Source: Spirochaetia bacterium
GTDB taxonomy: Bacteria; Spirochaetota; Spirochaetia; SZUA-6; Bin103
Direction of reading: 5' to 3'
Length of the DNA: 64,000 nucleotides
Assembly: GCA_965208575.1 (NCBI GenBank)
Contig: CBDBOV010000005.1
Coordinates: 160,001-224,000, forward strand
The notes below the pieces were generated by a model. It saw only the letters and a list, made by a program, of their open reading frames with translations. It was not told the origin of the DNA and did no database searches. Shown here in pieces: positions 29,654 to 38,995 of this stretch. The position numbers were made by a program, and so were the translations under genes. Each line of letters begins with the position of its first letter. Within the stretch, counting starts at the first letter, position 1.

Positions 29654-31381
29654 ATGTCTCGAGGTTGGAGGGGGATGGCGTGCCTGGCGGCTCTGCTGTG
29701 TGCCGGCCCGCTCGGCGCGGCTCCCGGCGTCGCAGTTGTCCCGGTCAGCACCGAGACGAGTTGCGCGGGAGCGTTCGTGGCGCACCCGCTGCCGCACTCG
29801 GTGCAGCCGATGCCGAACCTGCCGATGCCGTTCGACAGCAACGGCTCGGGGGTCGCGATCGCCGACCTCGATGGCGACGGCTGGCTGGACGTGCTGCTCG
29901 GCGGGCTGCACGGCCCGGCGACGGTGCTCTGGAACCGCGGCGACCCGGGCGGTCCGGCGTTCGATGCCGTGGCGCTCGAACTGGTCGGGGCGCGCGCGGT
30001 GGCCATCGTGGACGTGGACGGCGACGGACACCAGGACATCGTCGCCACCCGGCCCGACGAACGTCCGCGGTGGCTGCGGGGAAGCGGCGGACGCACCTTC
30101 CGGATCGTGGACGACGAACGGTTCGTCGCCCGCTATCCCATCTACACGATGGCGTGGGACGATCTCGATGGCGACACCGACCTCGACCTGGTCGGCGCCA
30201 CCTACGACGCCGAGTTGGAGCGATACGAGGCGATGGAGGCATACCGGAACTTCGTGACGACCAACGTTTCCACCGCCCGCACCCGGCAGCGGGGGGTGTG
30301 GTACTACGAGAACCTCGGGCCGCGCGACCGGCGCAGCGCCTTCGAGCCGGGTGAGTTCCAGTTCCTGGCATGGCCCCTCGCCGCCGGCGCGATGGCACTG
30401 CCCATCGTGCTGACCGACGTCGACGGCGACGCGCTCAGCGACATCGTCGTGGGCAACGACTACGACGTCCCGGACAACGTATTCCTCCGTACCCCCGATC
30501 GGGTGCGCCCGCACCGGTCGTGGTGGCGCCCCGGCAGCCCGTTCCCGGTGACCACCCGCAACACCATGGCATTCGCCACCGGCGACGTGGACAACGACGG
30601 CCGCATCGAACTGTTCGCGGCGGACATGAGCCCGTACCGCGCGGGTGCGGACATCGACGAGGCGTGGGGGCCGCTGCTGCAACCGGGCGGCGCGGCGACC
30701 CCGGTGGGCGACGGCGTACAGGCCGCGGCCAACGTGCTGCAGACCCGGCAGGAGGACGGCTCCTACCTGGACACCGCCGGCCGCGCCGGGGTGGCCGCCA
30801 CCGGCTGGAGCTGGTCGGCGCAGTTCGGGGACCTGGACAACGACGGCGACCTGGACCTGTACATCGTCAACGGCATGGTCGGCGATCCGTTCCGGAAACT
30901 GGAGGACGCCGAGCTGGTCGAGGAGAACCAGGCGCTGCGCAACCTGGGCGGGGAGCGCTTCGTGGCCGCGCCGGAGTGGCGGCTGGGCGCCACCGAGAGC
31001 GGGCGCGGCATGGCGCTCGGCGACCTCGACCGCGACGGCGACCTGGACATCGTGGTCAACAACTACCGGGCGCCGTCGCTGCTGTTCGAGAACCGCCTGT
31101 GCGGCGGGGCGAGCGTGCAGGTGGACCTGGTCTGGTCCGGCACGGACAACCGGTTCGCAATCGGCGCCTCGTTGCGGCTGGACACCGATGCCGGCCGCTA
31201 CCGGCGCGACGTGGAGGTGACCAGCGGCTACCTGTCGAGCAACCCGCCCCGCGTCCACTTCGGCTTGCCTGCCGGCGAGCGCCCGCAGCGGCTCACCGTC
31301 CGCTGGCCGGACGGCGCCGAGGACGTGGTGGGCGCTACGGACGGCTTGACGGCCGACACGCTGTTGACCGTCACCCGGTAG
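29654..31381 (+). CDS. CRTAC1-family FG-GAP/VCBS repeat protein with ASPIC/UnbV C-terminus
   Basis: Signal-like N-terminus, multiple DxDGDGxxD repeats, and AIGA...GYLS...VHFGL. Confidence 0.85.
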   Translation: MSRGWRGMACLAALLCAGPLGAAPGVAVVPVSTETSCAGAFVAHPLPHSVQPMPNLPMPFDSNGSGVAIADLDGDGWLDVLLGGLHGPATVLWNRGDPGGPAFDAVALELVGARAVAIVDVDGDGHQDIVATRPDERPRWLRGSGGRTFRIVDDERFVARYPIYTMAWDDLDGDTDLDLVGATYDAELERYEAMEAYRNFVTTNVSTARTRQRGVWYYENLGPRDRRSAFEPGEFQFLAWPLAAGAMALPIVLTDVDGDALSDIVVGNDYDVPDNVFLRTPDRVRPHRSWWRPGSPFPVTTRNTMAFATGDVDNDGRIELFAADMSPYRAGADIDEAWGPLLQPGGAATPVGDGVQAAANVLQTRQEDGSYLDTAGRAGVAATGWSWSAQFGDLDNDGDLDLYIVNGMVGDPFRKLEDAELVEENQALRNLGGERFVAAPEWRLGATESGRGMALGDLDRDGDLDIVVNNYRAPSLLFENRLCGGASVQVDLVWSGTDNRFAIGASLRLDTDAGRYRRDVEVTSGYLSSNPPRVHFGLPAGERPQRLTVRWPDGAEDVVGATDGLTADTLLTVTR

Positions 31382-31385
31382 CACT

Positions 31386-31571
31386 TTAGGTGCTGACCGG
31401 CTCGCACACCATGGCGACTTCCGTAGCGGCGTCCCAGTACTCGATGCGACCGTCGTAAGCGGTAATCTCATCACGCGATATACGCACCGGCCGACAGCCG
31501 GGAAACTCCGGCCGCTCCGGCTCGCGCCGATCCACCGGCCGCGGCACCGCGGTGACACTGTACTCAGCCAT
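31386..31571 (-). pseudogene. Uma2-family N-terminal fragment
   Basis: PEFPGCRPV...YDGRIEYWDAATE, truncated at the duplication edge. Confidence 0.75.
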
Positions 31572-31769
31572 GGCGCCGATCTTAACACATGGCGGCTCCT
31601 GCAATGCAGGCGCTGCACGGCGAGAGACCATCATTGATCAGGAGGTGATGCCGCGCCTGTCGCTCCCGCGCTGACCGGATCTTTTGCCGCCACCTGGACT
31701 CCTATAATGCCAGTAAATGACAGGTTCAGCACTGAGCAGCGCGCCCTGATCATCCGGTGCCGACGGGCC

Positions 31770-32645
31770 TCAAACCGACGTCACGGCGGTGGCACCCAGC
31801 CGTCCCCCGCCGCCTCTGAGCCGCGGGTCGAGCAGGTCCCTCACCGCATCGCCAAACATGTTCAAACTGTAAACGGTTACCGTCAGGCAAAGACCAGGCC
31901 AGGCAGCCAGGTGTGGTGCTTCCTCCATGAATCGACGCCCTTCGCCGCTGAGCATACCTCCCCAGCTGGGAACCTCGATGGGCAGGCCGTATCCGAGGAA
32001 GCTGAGAGAAGCTATGCTCAGGATTACGCCTCCGATGTTGATGCTGAATATGATGATTATGACAGGCATGATATTGGGTAGGACATGCCGGATCAGTATT
32101 CTCCATCTTGAGCTGCCAATCGCCTCCGCCGCCTGAAAATACACATTCTCTTTAATGCCAATAACGGCACCTCTGACCAGTCTTGAGCCGCCGATGCCTC
32201 CTGCGATCCCCAGGACCACTATTATCTGTGGCACACCCCGCCCCACTATGGACATTATGGTCAACAGCAGGAGCAGTCCCGGGTAACACACCCAGGCATC
32301 GACAAATCTCTGCACAGCCAGGTCCAGTTTGCCGCCCAGGAATCCGGAAATGCCGCCTATCAGAACGGCCACCACAACATTGAGAGTGGTGGCGGTCAGA
32401 CCAACAACTATCGAAAGACGAGCACCATATATAATGCGGCTCAACAAGTCTCGCCCAAACTGATCGGTACCCAGCAGATAGCGGGCCGATGAGCCCTGCA
32501 GCATGTCGTACAGGTGCATTTCATTATAGGGATAGGGAGCCAGAACATCCGCCAAGATAGCCACGAAAATCAACAGCAATACGATGATTCCGCAGGCAGC
32601 ACCCAGTGGATGCTCCTTCCACAGTCTGATGAAGAAACCTCTCAT
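31770..32645 (-). CDS. DppC-like permease
   Basis: LGTDQFGRD...HVLPNI...DLLDPRLRG. Confidence 0.9.
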   Translation of the reverse strand: MRGFFIRLWKEHPLGAACGIIVLLLIFVAILADVLAPYPYNEMHLYDMLQGSSARYLLGTDQFGRDLLSRIIYGARLSIVVGLTATTLNVVVAVLIGGISGFLGGKLDLAVQRFVDAWVCYPGLLLLLTIMSIVGRGVPQIIVVLGIAGGIGGSRLVRGAVIGIKENVYFQAAEAIGSSRWRILIRHVLPNIMPVIIIIFSINIGGVILSIASLSFLGYGLPIEVPSWGGMLSGEGRRFMEEAPHLAAWPGLCLTVTVYSLNMFGDAVRDLLDPRLRGGGGRLGATAVTSV

Positions 32646-33643
32646 CTATAACGGATCCTGGGGTCCAAATAGACATAAGTCAGGTCGATGAATAGAACGA
32701 TCATCATAACGACGGTGGCGAAAAACAGGTTTACTCCGGAGATCACCGGGTAGTCTTTGTCCTGGAGTGCCGCCACCATCAGGCGACCTAGCCCCGGCAG
32801 GTTGAATATGTTCTCCATGATAACCGAGCCGCCTATCAGGATAGGCAACTGCATGCCTACCAGGGTCACTACCGGGATCAGGGCATTCTTGAGGGCGTGG
32901 CGCAGGATGACTACCTTCTCGCTCGCCCCCTTTGCCCAGGCCGTCCTGATATAGTCCTGCCGTAAGACCTCCAGCATCGTGGTTCGCGTCATCCGCATCG
33001 TCATTGCAGCTATGGACGTCCCCAGAATCAGGCTGGGAATGATAAACAACCCGAGATTCCCCAACGGATCTTCCGTGAAAGGAACCCACTCCATCGGCGG
33101 CGACCAGCCCCACCAGATTGCGGGGTAGAGCATGACCATCAGAGCCAGCCAGAAGTTGGGCGTTGCCAGGCCGATGATGGCGATGGAACGCCCCACGTAG
33201 TCGGTTGCGGTATTCTGGCGAACCGCGGAGTAGATGCCGACGGGTAGCGCTATCAACAGCCCGATTACGATTGCCAGGAGGCCAAGCTCAAGGGTTACCG
33301 GCAGTTTACGGAATATCGTCTCCTCTATCGCCTCCTGGGCGCCAAGGAGTGAGTGGCCGAGGCTGCCCTGGAGGAGACCTTTGAAGTGGGACTCACCGGT
33401 AACCCAGTCAGGGGTCGGCAACACTCCTATCCAGCGTCCATACTGCACGTGGACGGGCACGTCCAATCCCAGCATACGCTCAAGAGCTTCGCGGTCTACC
33501 TCCATGGCGATGAAGTCCCACCGACCCAGCATTGCGTCTATTGTATCGCCCGGGATGAAGCGGACCGAGAGAAAGACCAGGACGCTCAATACGAACAGGG
33601 TGGGGATTACCAGCAATAACCGCCTGATGATATAGGCTCTGAT
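32642..33643 (-). CDS. DppB-like permease with inferred ATC start
   Basis: AGGAGGAG-TGTTAC-ATC AGA GCC TAT gives (M)RAYIIRRLL, matching the paralogues. Confidence 0.85.
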   Translation of the reverse strand: MRAYIIRRLLLVIPTLFVLSVLVFLSVRFIPGDTIDAMLGRWDFIAMEVDREALERMLGLDVPVHVQYGRWIGVLPTPDWVTGESHFKGLLQGSLGHSLLGAQEAIEETIFRKLPVTLELGLLAIVIGLLIALPVGIYSAVRQNTATDYVGRSIAIIGLATPNFWLALMVMLYPAIWWGWSPPMEWVPFTEDPLGNLGLFIIPSLILGTSIAAMTMRMTRTTMLEVLRQDYIRTAWAKGASEKVVILRHALKNALIPVVTLVGMQLPILIGGSVIMENIFNLPGLGRLMVAALQDKDYPVISGVNLFFATVVMMIVLFIDLTYVYLDPRIRYR

Positions 33644-33750
33644 GTAACACTCCTCCTGATCGTTGCGGTATGAATCGGGTGCGGGAGCTGGGAGGCCCCG
33701 GCCCCCCAGCCCCCTTTATTGGCTGAGCTCAGCTACAAGGGATGAAACCC

Positions 33751-35535
33751 TTAATAACCCATTTCTTTCTTCAGATCACTATCAATCCAGAGGCGGGCGA
33801 AGAGGAGATTAAAACCGAGAGGGTCCAAGCCTGTGTCCATTTCACCGTTATAGCCTATGAGCCACGGCTGGGCCAAATAATACACTGCAGGTTTACCGCC
33901 CCATATCTGCCAGTGCTTCTCTATCATGTACATATCTGCCTCTGCAATCAGCCTCTGCTGCTCCTCAATGGTAGTAGCGTTTAGGGCGGCGTCAACCATG
34001 GCGTCCACCTCAGGCCACCGGGATCCGGGGCGGTTCCACACTGCATCCGAGTGAAACCAGCCTACCATCATGACAGGGTCATAAAGATTGCCCATATTGG
34101 TTTGGTGCAAGCCTTCCCAAGTACGCGAGAATACCCTCTCGTTATGTACGTCATAGGGAACTGCATCAATCTCAACATCGACGCCAATCTCTGCCCACTG
34201 GGAGACAATTATTTCAGTAATGTCCGTATTTCCAACCGAGACATTCACGGAGGTCTTAAATCTAGTGCCGTCGGCGCCGCGCGGGTATCCAGCCTCATCA
34301 AGGAGCTTCTCGGCAGCTTCCGGGTCATAGGTATAGTATTGCTTGACCTCGTCGGGCCACTCATCAAACGGGATGTAATACCCTTTCACCCCTATTAGCC
34401 CGTGAGGTGTAGTATCTGCATAACCCCTCCAGTACGTAGCCTTAATGGGCTCAAGGTCCAGTGCCATCTGCATTGCGCGGCGCACGTTGATGTCGTCAAA
34501 GGGCGGCACGCCCAAGGTAGGAGCAAAAGAACTACCCGACCGAAACCAAACCGGCCATGCCGCGATTTCGGGGTTGGTCCGCTGCAGGCTCAGTACCGAT
34601 GCCAATTGGTTCTCGACCCACCGTCTGTAATCAATCTTGCCTGTCCGCATCGCTGACATGATTGTTGCTTCCTCTGGAATCATCAGTCCCCTTAACTTGT
34701 CAACGTAGGGCAGGCGGTTCTGCGGGTATTTTTCGTCGTAGCCCCAGTAGTCAGGATTCTTGGTCCAGGTCGCAGAGCTGTCCGCGACGTAGTCAGTCAG
34801 CTCAAAGGGCCCGGTGCCGACCACGTTCCTCCAGTCCTTCATGTCACCGTATTGCTCGATTACCTCGGGGGGGGATATGTAAATAAAGTAGTCGACGAGC
34901 ATAAGCCGCAGCGCAGGGAGGTATGGCTTCGTCAGCTTAACGACCATCGTATGCTTGTCGGTGGCCGTTACCGATTCCCATGGTATGGAGACGAATGGGG
35001 CGGCGCCACCCACGGGGGAAGGTCCGGCGTCGGCAAACTTGCCCATACCCAATAGACGGTGAAAGTTGTATTCGACATCATCGGCAGTGAGCTCCCGACC
35101 GTTCATCGGTGCCTTATTATGCCAGTGAACGCCCTGGCGGATGTGGAAGGTATAGGTGCGCCCGTCCGGGGAAATATCCCAGCTTTCCGCCAGTTGCTCT
35201 ATCATGACCGACTCAGGGGTCGGGCCCGATTTAAAGTCCCATACGTCCCTATCTATTCCCCAGTTCCCGATACCTAGCTTCTCTACGACGCCCGAGATTA
35301 TCCCGCCCGAATAGTGGTAATAGGGGTCTGCCGCCTGTGGCGAATATGGGTGTAAGTGCAAGGTTAATGTCCCGCCATACTGTGGCGCAACCACCATCTT
35401 GCCGGTGGTCGGGTCGAGCACCATTTCCTTCTCCACGGCGGCTGCCGGCTCCTCTTCTGCGCCCGCGGCCCAGAGGCCGGTGGCAGTCAGGGTCAGGACC
35501 AACGCAACCGCGAAGGTCTTTATCACAATGTTCAT
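33751..35535 (-). CDS. DppA-like substrate-binding protein
   Basis: MNIVIKTFAVALVL...APQYGG...LAESW...VGTGPF. Confidence 0.9.
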   Translation of the reverse strand: MNIVIKTFAVALVLTLTATGLWAAGAEEEPAAAVEKEMVLDPTTGKMVVAPQYGGTLTLHLHPYSPQAADPYYHYSGGIISGVVEKLGIGNWGIDRDVWDFKSGPTPESVMIEQLAESWDISPDGRTYTFHIRQGVHWHNKAPMNGRELTADDVEYNFHRLLGMGKFADAGPSPVGGAAPFVSIPWESVTATDKHTMVVKLTKPYLPALRLMLVDYFIYISPPEVIEQYGDMKDWRNVVGTGPFELTDYVADSSATWTKNPDYWGYDEKYPQNRLPYVDKLRGLMIPEEATIMSAMRTGKIDYRRWVENQLASVLSLQRTNPEIAAWPVWFRSGSSFAPTLGVPPFDDINVRRAMQMALDLEPIKATYWRGYADTTPHGLIGVKGYYIPFDEWPDEVKQYYTYDPEAAEKLLDEAGYPRGADGTRFKTSVNVSVGNTDITEIIVSQWAEIGVDVEIDAVPYDVHNERVFSRTWEGLHQTNMGNLYDPVMMVGWFHSDAVWNRPGSRWPEVDAMVDAALNATTIEEQQRLIAEADMYMIEKHWQIWGGKPAVYYLAQPWLIGYNGEMDTGLDPLGFNLLFARLWIDSDLKKEMGY

Positions 35536-36005
35536 AACTATCTCCAGGATGATTGATTTCGAGAGTCTTGCGGAGCGGGTTGCCGCTCCCCGGATCCTCT
35601 CGCGCCCGCAACGCGGGCGGCCGGTGTGAGTCAGATTCCTGCAGCGTGCGGCGTGTGACTCACCGGGTTCACCCGGGCTCACGCCGCGCGCGCGTGAGGT
35701 TCTTTGAGTATCATTCGAGCCTCCTTCTTCTCGTTACAACGCGACGCGTTGCGGTGGTCTGAGCAGCAGCGAGTCTGAATGGCCGGCAACGCTGGGGGTG
35801 TCGCCGGCGGGGATCCGGGACGGCCTGAGTCGCCGGGAAGGGCACGGGCGGCCCGGCGATCGACCGAGCCCGCGCCACCGATAGCTACGGCGGTGGTGAA
35901 GGCGACCGCGTGCGCGGGGTCGCGTACGGGGCGATCAGCCGGAGCGGTTAGTTGTTCTCGGTTCGAAAGTTGAGGGGGGGCGAGGATAGGACGCGCCGGC
36001 TGCGT
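35536..36005 (-). promoter_or_regulatory. Conserved structured 5' leader with uORF MILKEPHARAA (35679-35714)
   Basis: Homologous to 60578-60985; SD GGAGG precedes the uORF. Confidence 0.6.
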
Positions 36006-36395
36006 TGCCGCTAACCGATGGCAGTGCTGAGTGGTATTATCACCCATCTTTTGCATCCGTTGAACCCTGAGGTTTTCAACCTAACACACCTGCGGCAAAC
36101 ACGTCAACAGGCAAAAACAGGCGAATCAAGGTGATCCCATGCTGACGGATGTGATGGACGGACAAGCGCCGGCCTCGGCGAGCAAGCAAGCGAGTTCGTG
36201 AAGGCGAATTCGTCGGGCCTCGGTCAGATCACGACCGGCAGTCTGCGATTTGGCGGCGCGCCAGCCACCGGCGCGCGGCCCGGCAACCGCCCTCCAGGTG
36301 CGGCGGCTGACCGCCCGTGTGCCGGCGCCGACCGTACGGAAGCTGCGCCGATCCACCCGATCGGCCCCACGCACGTCTCCGCCTGCGCACGACCG

Positions 36396-36610
36396 TCACC
36401 CCGACCGGACGCGCCGCACCTCGTCCGCATCCGCCGCCAGCGCCGCGGCGATCGCCTCGGCATCCTGTCCCAGCCCATGCAGGCGGCGGATCGCCTGCGC
36501 GAGCAGCAGGCGCCGCTCCTGCTCGGCCTGCTGCTGACCCTTCTCCGCCTGCTGCTGCGCCCGTTCCGCTCGCTGCGCCCGCTGCCGCTCCTGTGCTTTG
36601 CGGATGATCG
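36396..36610 (-). pseudogene. C-terminal coiled-coil/HTH remnant (Rpn/PD-(D/E)XK-type tail); related fragment at ~10630-10825
   Basis: ERQRAQRAERAQQQAE...AIRRLHGLGQDAEAIAAAL. Confidence 0.45.
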
Positions 36611-36649
36611 GTCCCGGAGAACCGGGGCAGCACATGTTGACGCCGCGTA

Positions 36650-37258
36650 TCAAGATTTCGTGACATGGCGAAGATTCCGTGCCACCATGGTGCGCCGGTG
36701 TCGTGACGGGATGCGGAGCAGGAGTCTTTCGGCGTTCCTGATGCTGAAGCCAGCGGAAAGATCCAATTCCGGCAACGCAGCGAACAGCCTCGTCTTGGTA
36801 GAACTCAGGTAAAGAAAATCCAATAGCGCCTTCTCTGGAGTCGCCATCTGCACTCCCCTTACGCCATGTTGTTCATAGGCGCAGAAGAACGGCGCGGATA
36901 TGTGATGCACGGAGAACGTACCCACCGGGGTAGCGTAGACCCGTGTTCGGGTAAGTGAAACGCAATAAATGACCGTGGGCATCTGCGAGATCATTCCGTG
37001 GTGGTAGAGTGCCGTCTGAAGAGAAATGTACGAGGGAAGTGGGGCCGTCAGATAGCCGACCAGCGGAAGCGGATCCCGGGTCCTGGCGATCAACCAGGTT
37101 CCCCTCTTCAACCGCAACAGATGCCCGGACCCAGCCAAGCGAGACAGAATCTGGCTGGCGTGGTCCTTGTTCACGTCAAGGAGCCCCATCACGTCAGCAG
37201 TCCTCATGACCGTTTGCCCGGTCTGCTGAATTCGAGCCAGTGCCTGGTCCAATCTCAC
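36650..37258 (-). CDS. AbiEi-type antitoxin / transcriptional regulator, intact
   Basis: wHTH LSRLAGSGHLLRLKRGTW; SYISLQTALYHHGMISQMP; ATPEKALLDFLY. Confidence 0.88.
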   Translation of the reverse strand: MRLDQALARIQQTGQTVMRTADVMGLLDVNKDHASQILSRLAGSGHLLRLKRGTWLIARTRDPLPLVGYLTAPLPSYISLQTALYHHGMISQMPTVIYCVSLTRTRVYATPVGTFSVHHISAPFFCAYEQHGVRGVQMATPEKALLDFLYLSSTKTRLFAALPELDLSAGFSIRNAERLLLRIPSRHRRTMVARNLRHVTKS

Positions 37259-38013
37259 TGCGCTGCCTCTTCGATAGCGCCGACCACTCTGAGGACCATG
37301 TCATCCCACACGTCTCGTGAGTCATATACTGACTGGTACTCGGGATGCAGGTAAGAGAAGACCTGTCCCTTGAATATGTCGAATGTCACCGACAGGGCGT
37401 TTGTCACGGCCTCACCGAGCCGACTGTGGAGTTTGAAGTCATCCAACTCCGAATTGACGCCCGTGGACAGCAGAAGAAACAGATCAAAGACATCTCTCGC
37501 TTGGGGTACCGGCCTGGAAATGAGTGCCTCCACCTTCTGCTTGTATGCAGCGTGAGACGTATAGTGGTTCGCCAGAATCGGCGTTAGTGAATACGTATCG
37601 ATCAGTTGCGGGTCAACAGCCTCGAAGGCGTGCTCCCGAGTAATCCCTCGTCGCGAGAACTCGGTCTTCGTGTTCAGAAGCACATCAATGCCTCCTACGC
37701 TGAGCAGCATCTTCCATCGTTGCACCGTATCCGTCTGCTTCGGAGCGGAGAGTTTCGCAAGGGCGATTTGGTGGATCTGCAGGGCTTGGGAGAAAGACCG
37801 AGAAGTCAATATCGAGTCAACGCTGTCAGCAAGTTTCTGTTTTGAGACGCCCTGGACATCAATATCCATGTCTTCCGAATACCGAAAGCTCTTCATGAAG
37901 AACCTGAGATTGCATCCGCCCTTCAGGACACAGTATCTCTTGTCCAACTTGCGTCCGAGGAAGTCCAGAAACACCAGGTGAAAGAGTTCGACATACTGTG
38001 GCGCGTCATACAT
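37255..38013 (-). CDS. AbiEii-type toxin, copy B
   Basis: Protein identical to copy A. Confidence 0.88.
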   Translation of the reverse strand: MYDAPQYVELFHLVFLDFLGRKLDKRYCVLKGGCNLRFFMKSFRYSEDMDIDVQGVSKQKLADSVDSILTSRSFSQALQIHQIALAKLSAPKQTDTVQRWKMLLSVGGIDVLLNTKTEFSRRGITREHAFEAVDPQLIDTYSLTPILANHYTSHAAYKQKVEALISRPVPQARDVFDLFLLLSTGVNSELDDFKLHSRLGEAVTNALSVTFDIFKGQVFSYLHPEYQSVYDSRDVWDDMVLRVVGAIEEAAQ

Positions 38014-38055
38014 ACCAGCCCCGCCCATAAACAATACGCAAAGTTGACAAATATG

Positions 38056-38988
38056 TCAACTACAGGTGTTCCGTTCAGGGCGGCGCAGACGCACCTCACT
38101 ACTTCCGACCGCCTGTGCGCCGTAGGCGCCGAGGCGGCCGCTGCCGCCTCGCAGGCGCGGGTCGAGCAGGTCGCGGACCGCGTCACCCACCATGTTCAGG
38201 CAGTACACCACCACCGTCAGGCACAGCCCCGGCCATACCGCCAGCCGCGGCGCGATCTCCATGTACTCGCGCCCCTCCCGGCTCAGCATGCCGCCCCAGC
38301 TCGGCACAGTCGTGGGCAGGCCGAACCCCAGAAAGCTCAAGCTGGCCTCGCTGATCACCACCGCGCCGATGTTGATGCTGTAGATCACGATCAGCACCGG
38401 CGCGATGTTGGGCAGCAGGTGGTGCACCAGCGTCCGCCAGCGCGAGCTGCCGACCGCCCGCGCCGCCTCGAAGTAGACGTGCTCCTTGGCGGCGATCACC
38501 GCGCCCCGGACCACCCGCGAGCCGCCGATGCCGCCCAGCACCCCCAGCACCACGATGATCTGCAGCACCCCTCGCCCGACCACCGACATCACCGTCAGCA
38601 GGATCAGCAGGCCGGGTATCGACATCCAGGCATCGACCAGCCGCTGCACGGTCAGGTCGAGCCGGCCGCCGATGAAGCCGGAGACGCCGCCCACCACCAG
38701 CGCCACCAGCACGTTGACGGCCGTCGCGGCCAGGCCGACGCCCAGGGTGAGGCGAGCGCCGTAGATCAGGCGGCTGGCGAAGTCGCGGCCCAACTGGTCG
38801 GTGCCCAGCGGGTAGCGCGCCGAGGAGCCCTGCAGCCGGTCCATCAGGAACACCTCGTTGGGGCCGAACGGGGCCAGCACGTCGGCCAACAGCGTCACCA
38901 GGATCAACAACAGCAGCACGATCCCGAGCACCACCGCCAACGGCTTCTCCCGGCGCAGCCGGACGAAGAAATCGGCGAACGCGCCCAT
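38056..38988 (-). CDS. DppC-like permease, copy B
   Basis: Protein identical to 22867-23799. Confidence 0.92.
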   Translation of the reverse strand: MGAFADFFVRLRREKPLAVVLGIVLLLLILVTLLADVLAPFGPNEVFLMDRLQGSSARYPLGTDQLGRDFASRLIYGARLTLGVGLAATAVNVLVALVVGGVSGFIGGRLDLTVQRLVDAWMSIPGLLILLTVMSVVGRGVLQIIVVLGVLGGIGGSRVVRGAVIAAKEHVYFEAARAVGSSRWRTLVHHLLPNIAPVLIVIYSINIGAVVISEASLSFLGFGLPTTVPSWGGMLSREGREYMEIAPRLAVWPGLCLTVVVYCLNMVGDAVRDLLDPRLRGGSGRLGAYGAQAVGSSEVRLRRPERNTCS

Positions 38989-38995
38989 CGGTGCC

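Larger units (their letters stand above)
21781..31385. repeat. Copy A of a ~9.9-kb direct duplication (together with 11549-11873)
   Basis: Collinear with 36645-46502; offset is 15189 bp at abiEii. Confidence 0.92.

Noticed and set aside
29642-31618. Long antisense ORFs (also 44759-46579, 49567-51009, 54410-56263 and others)
   Set aside because: Mirror frames of well-supported GC-rich genes, with no recognisable motifs.
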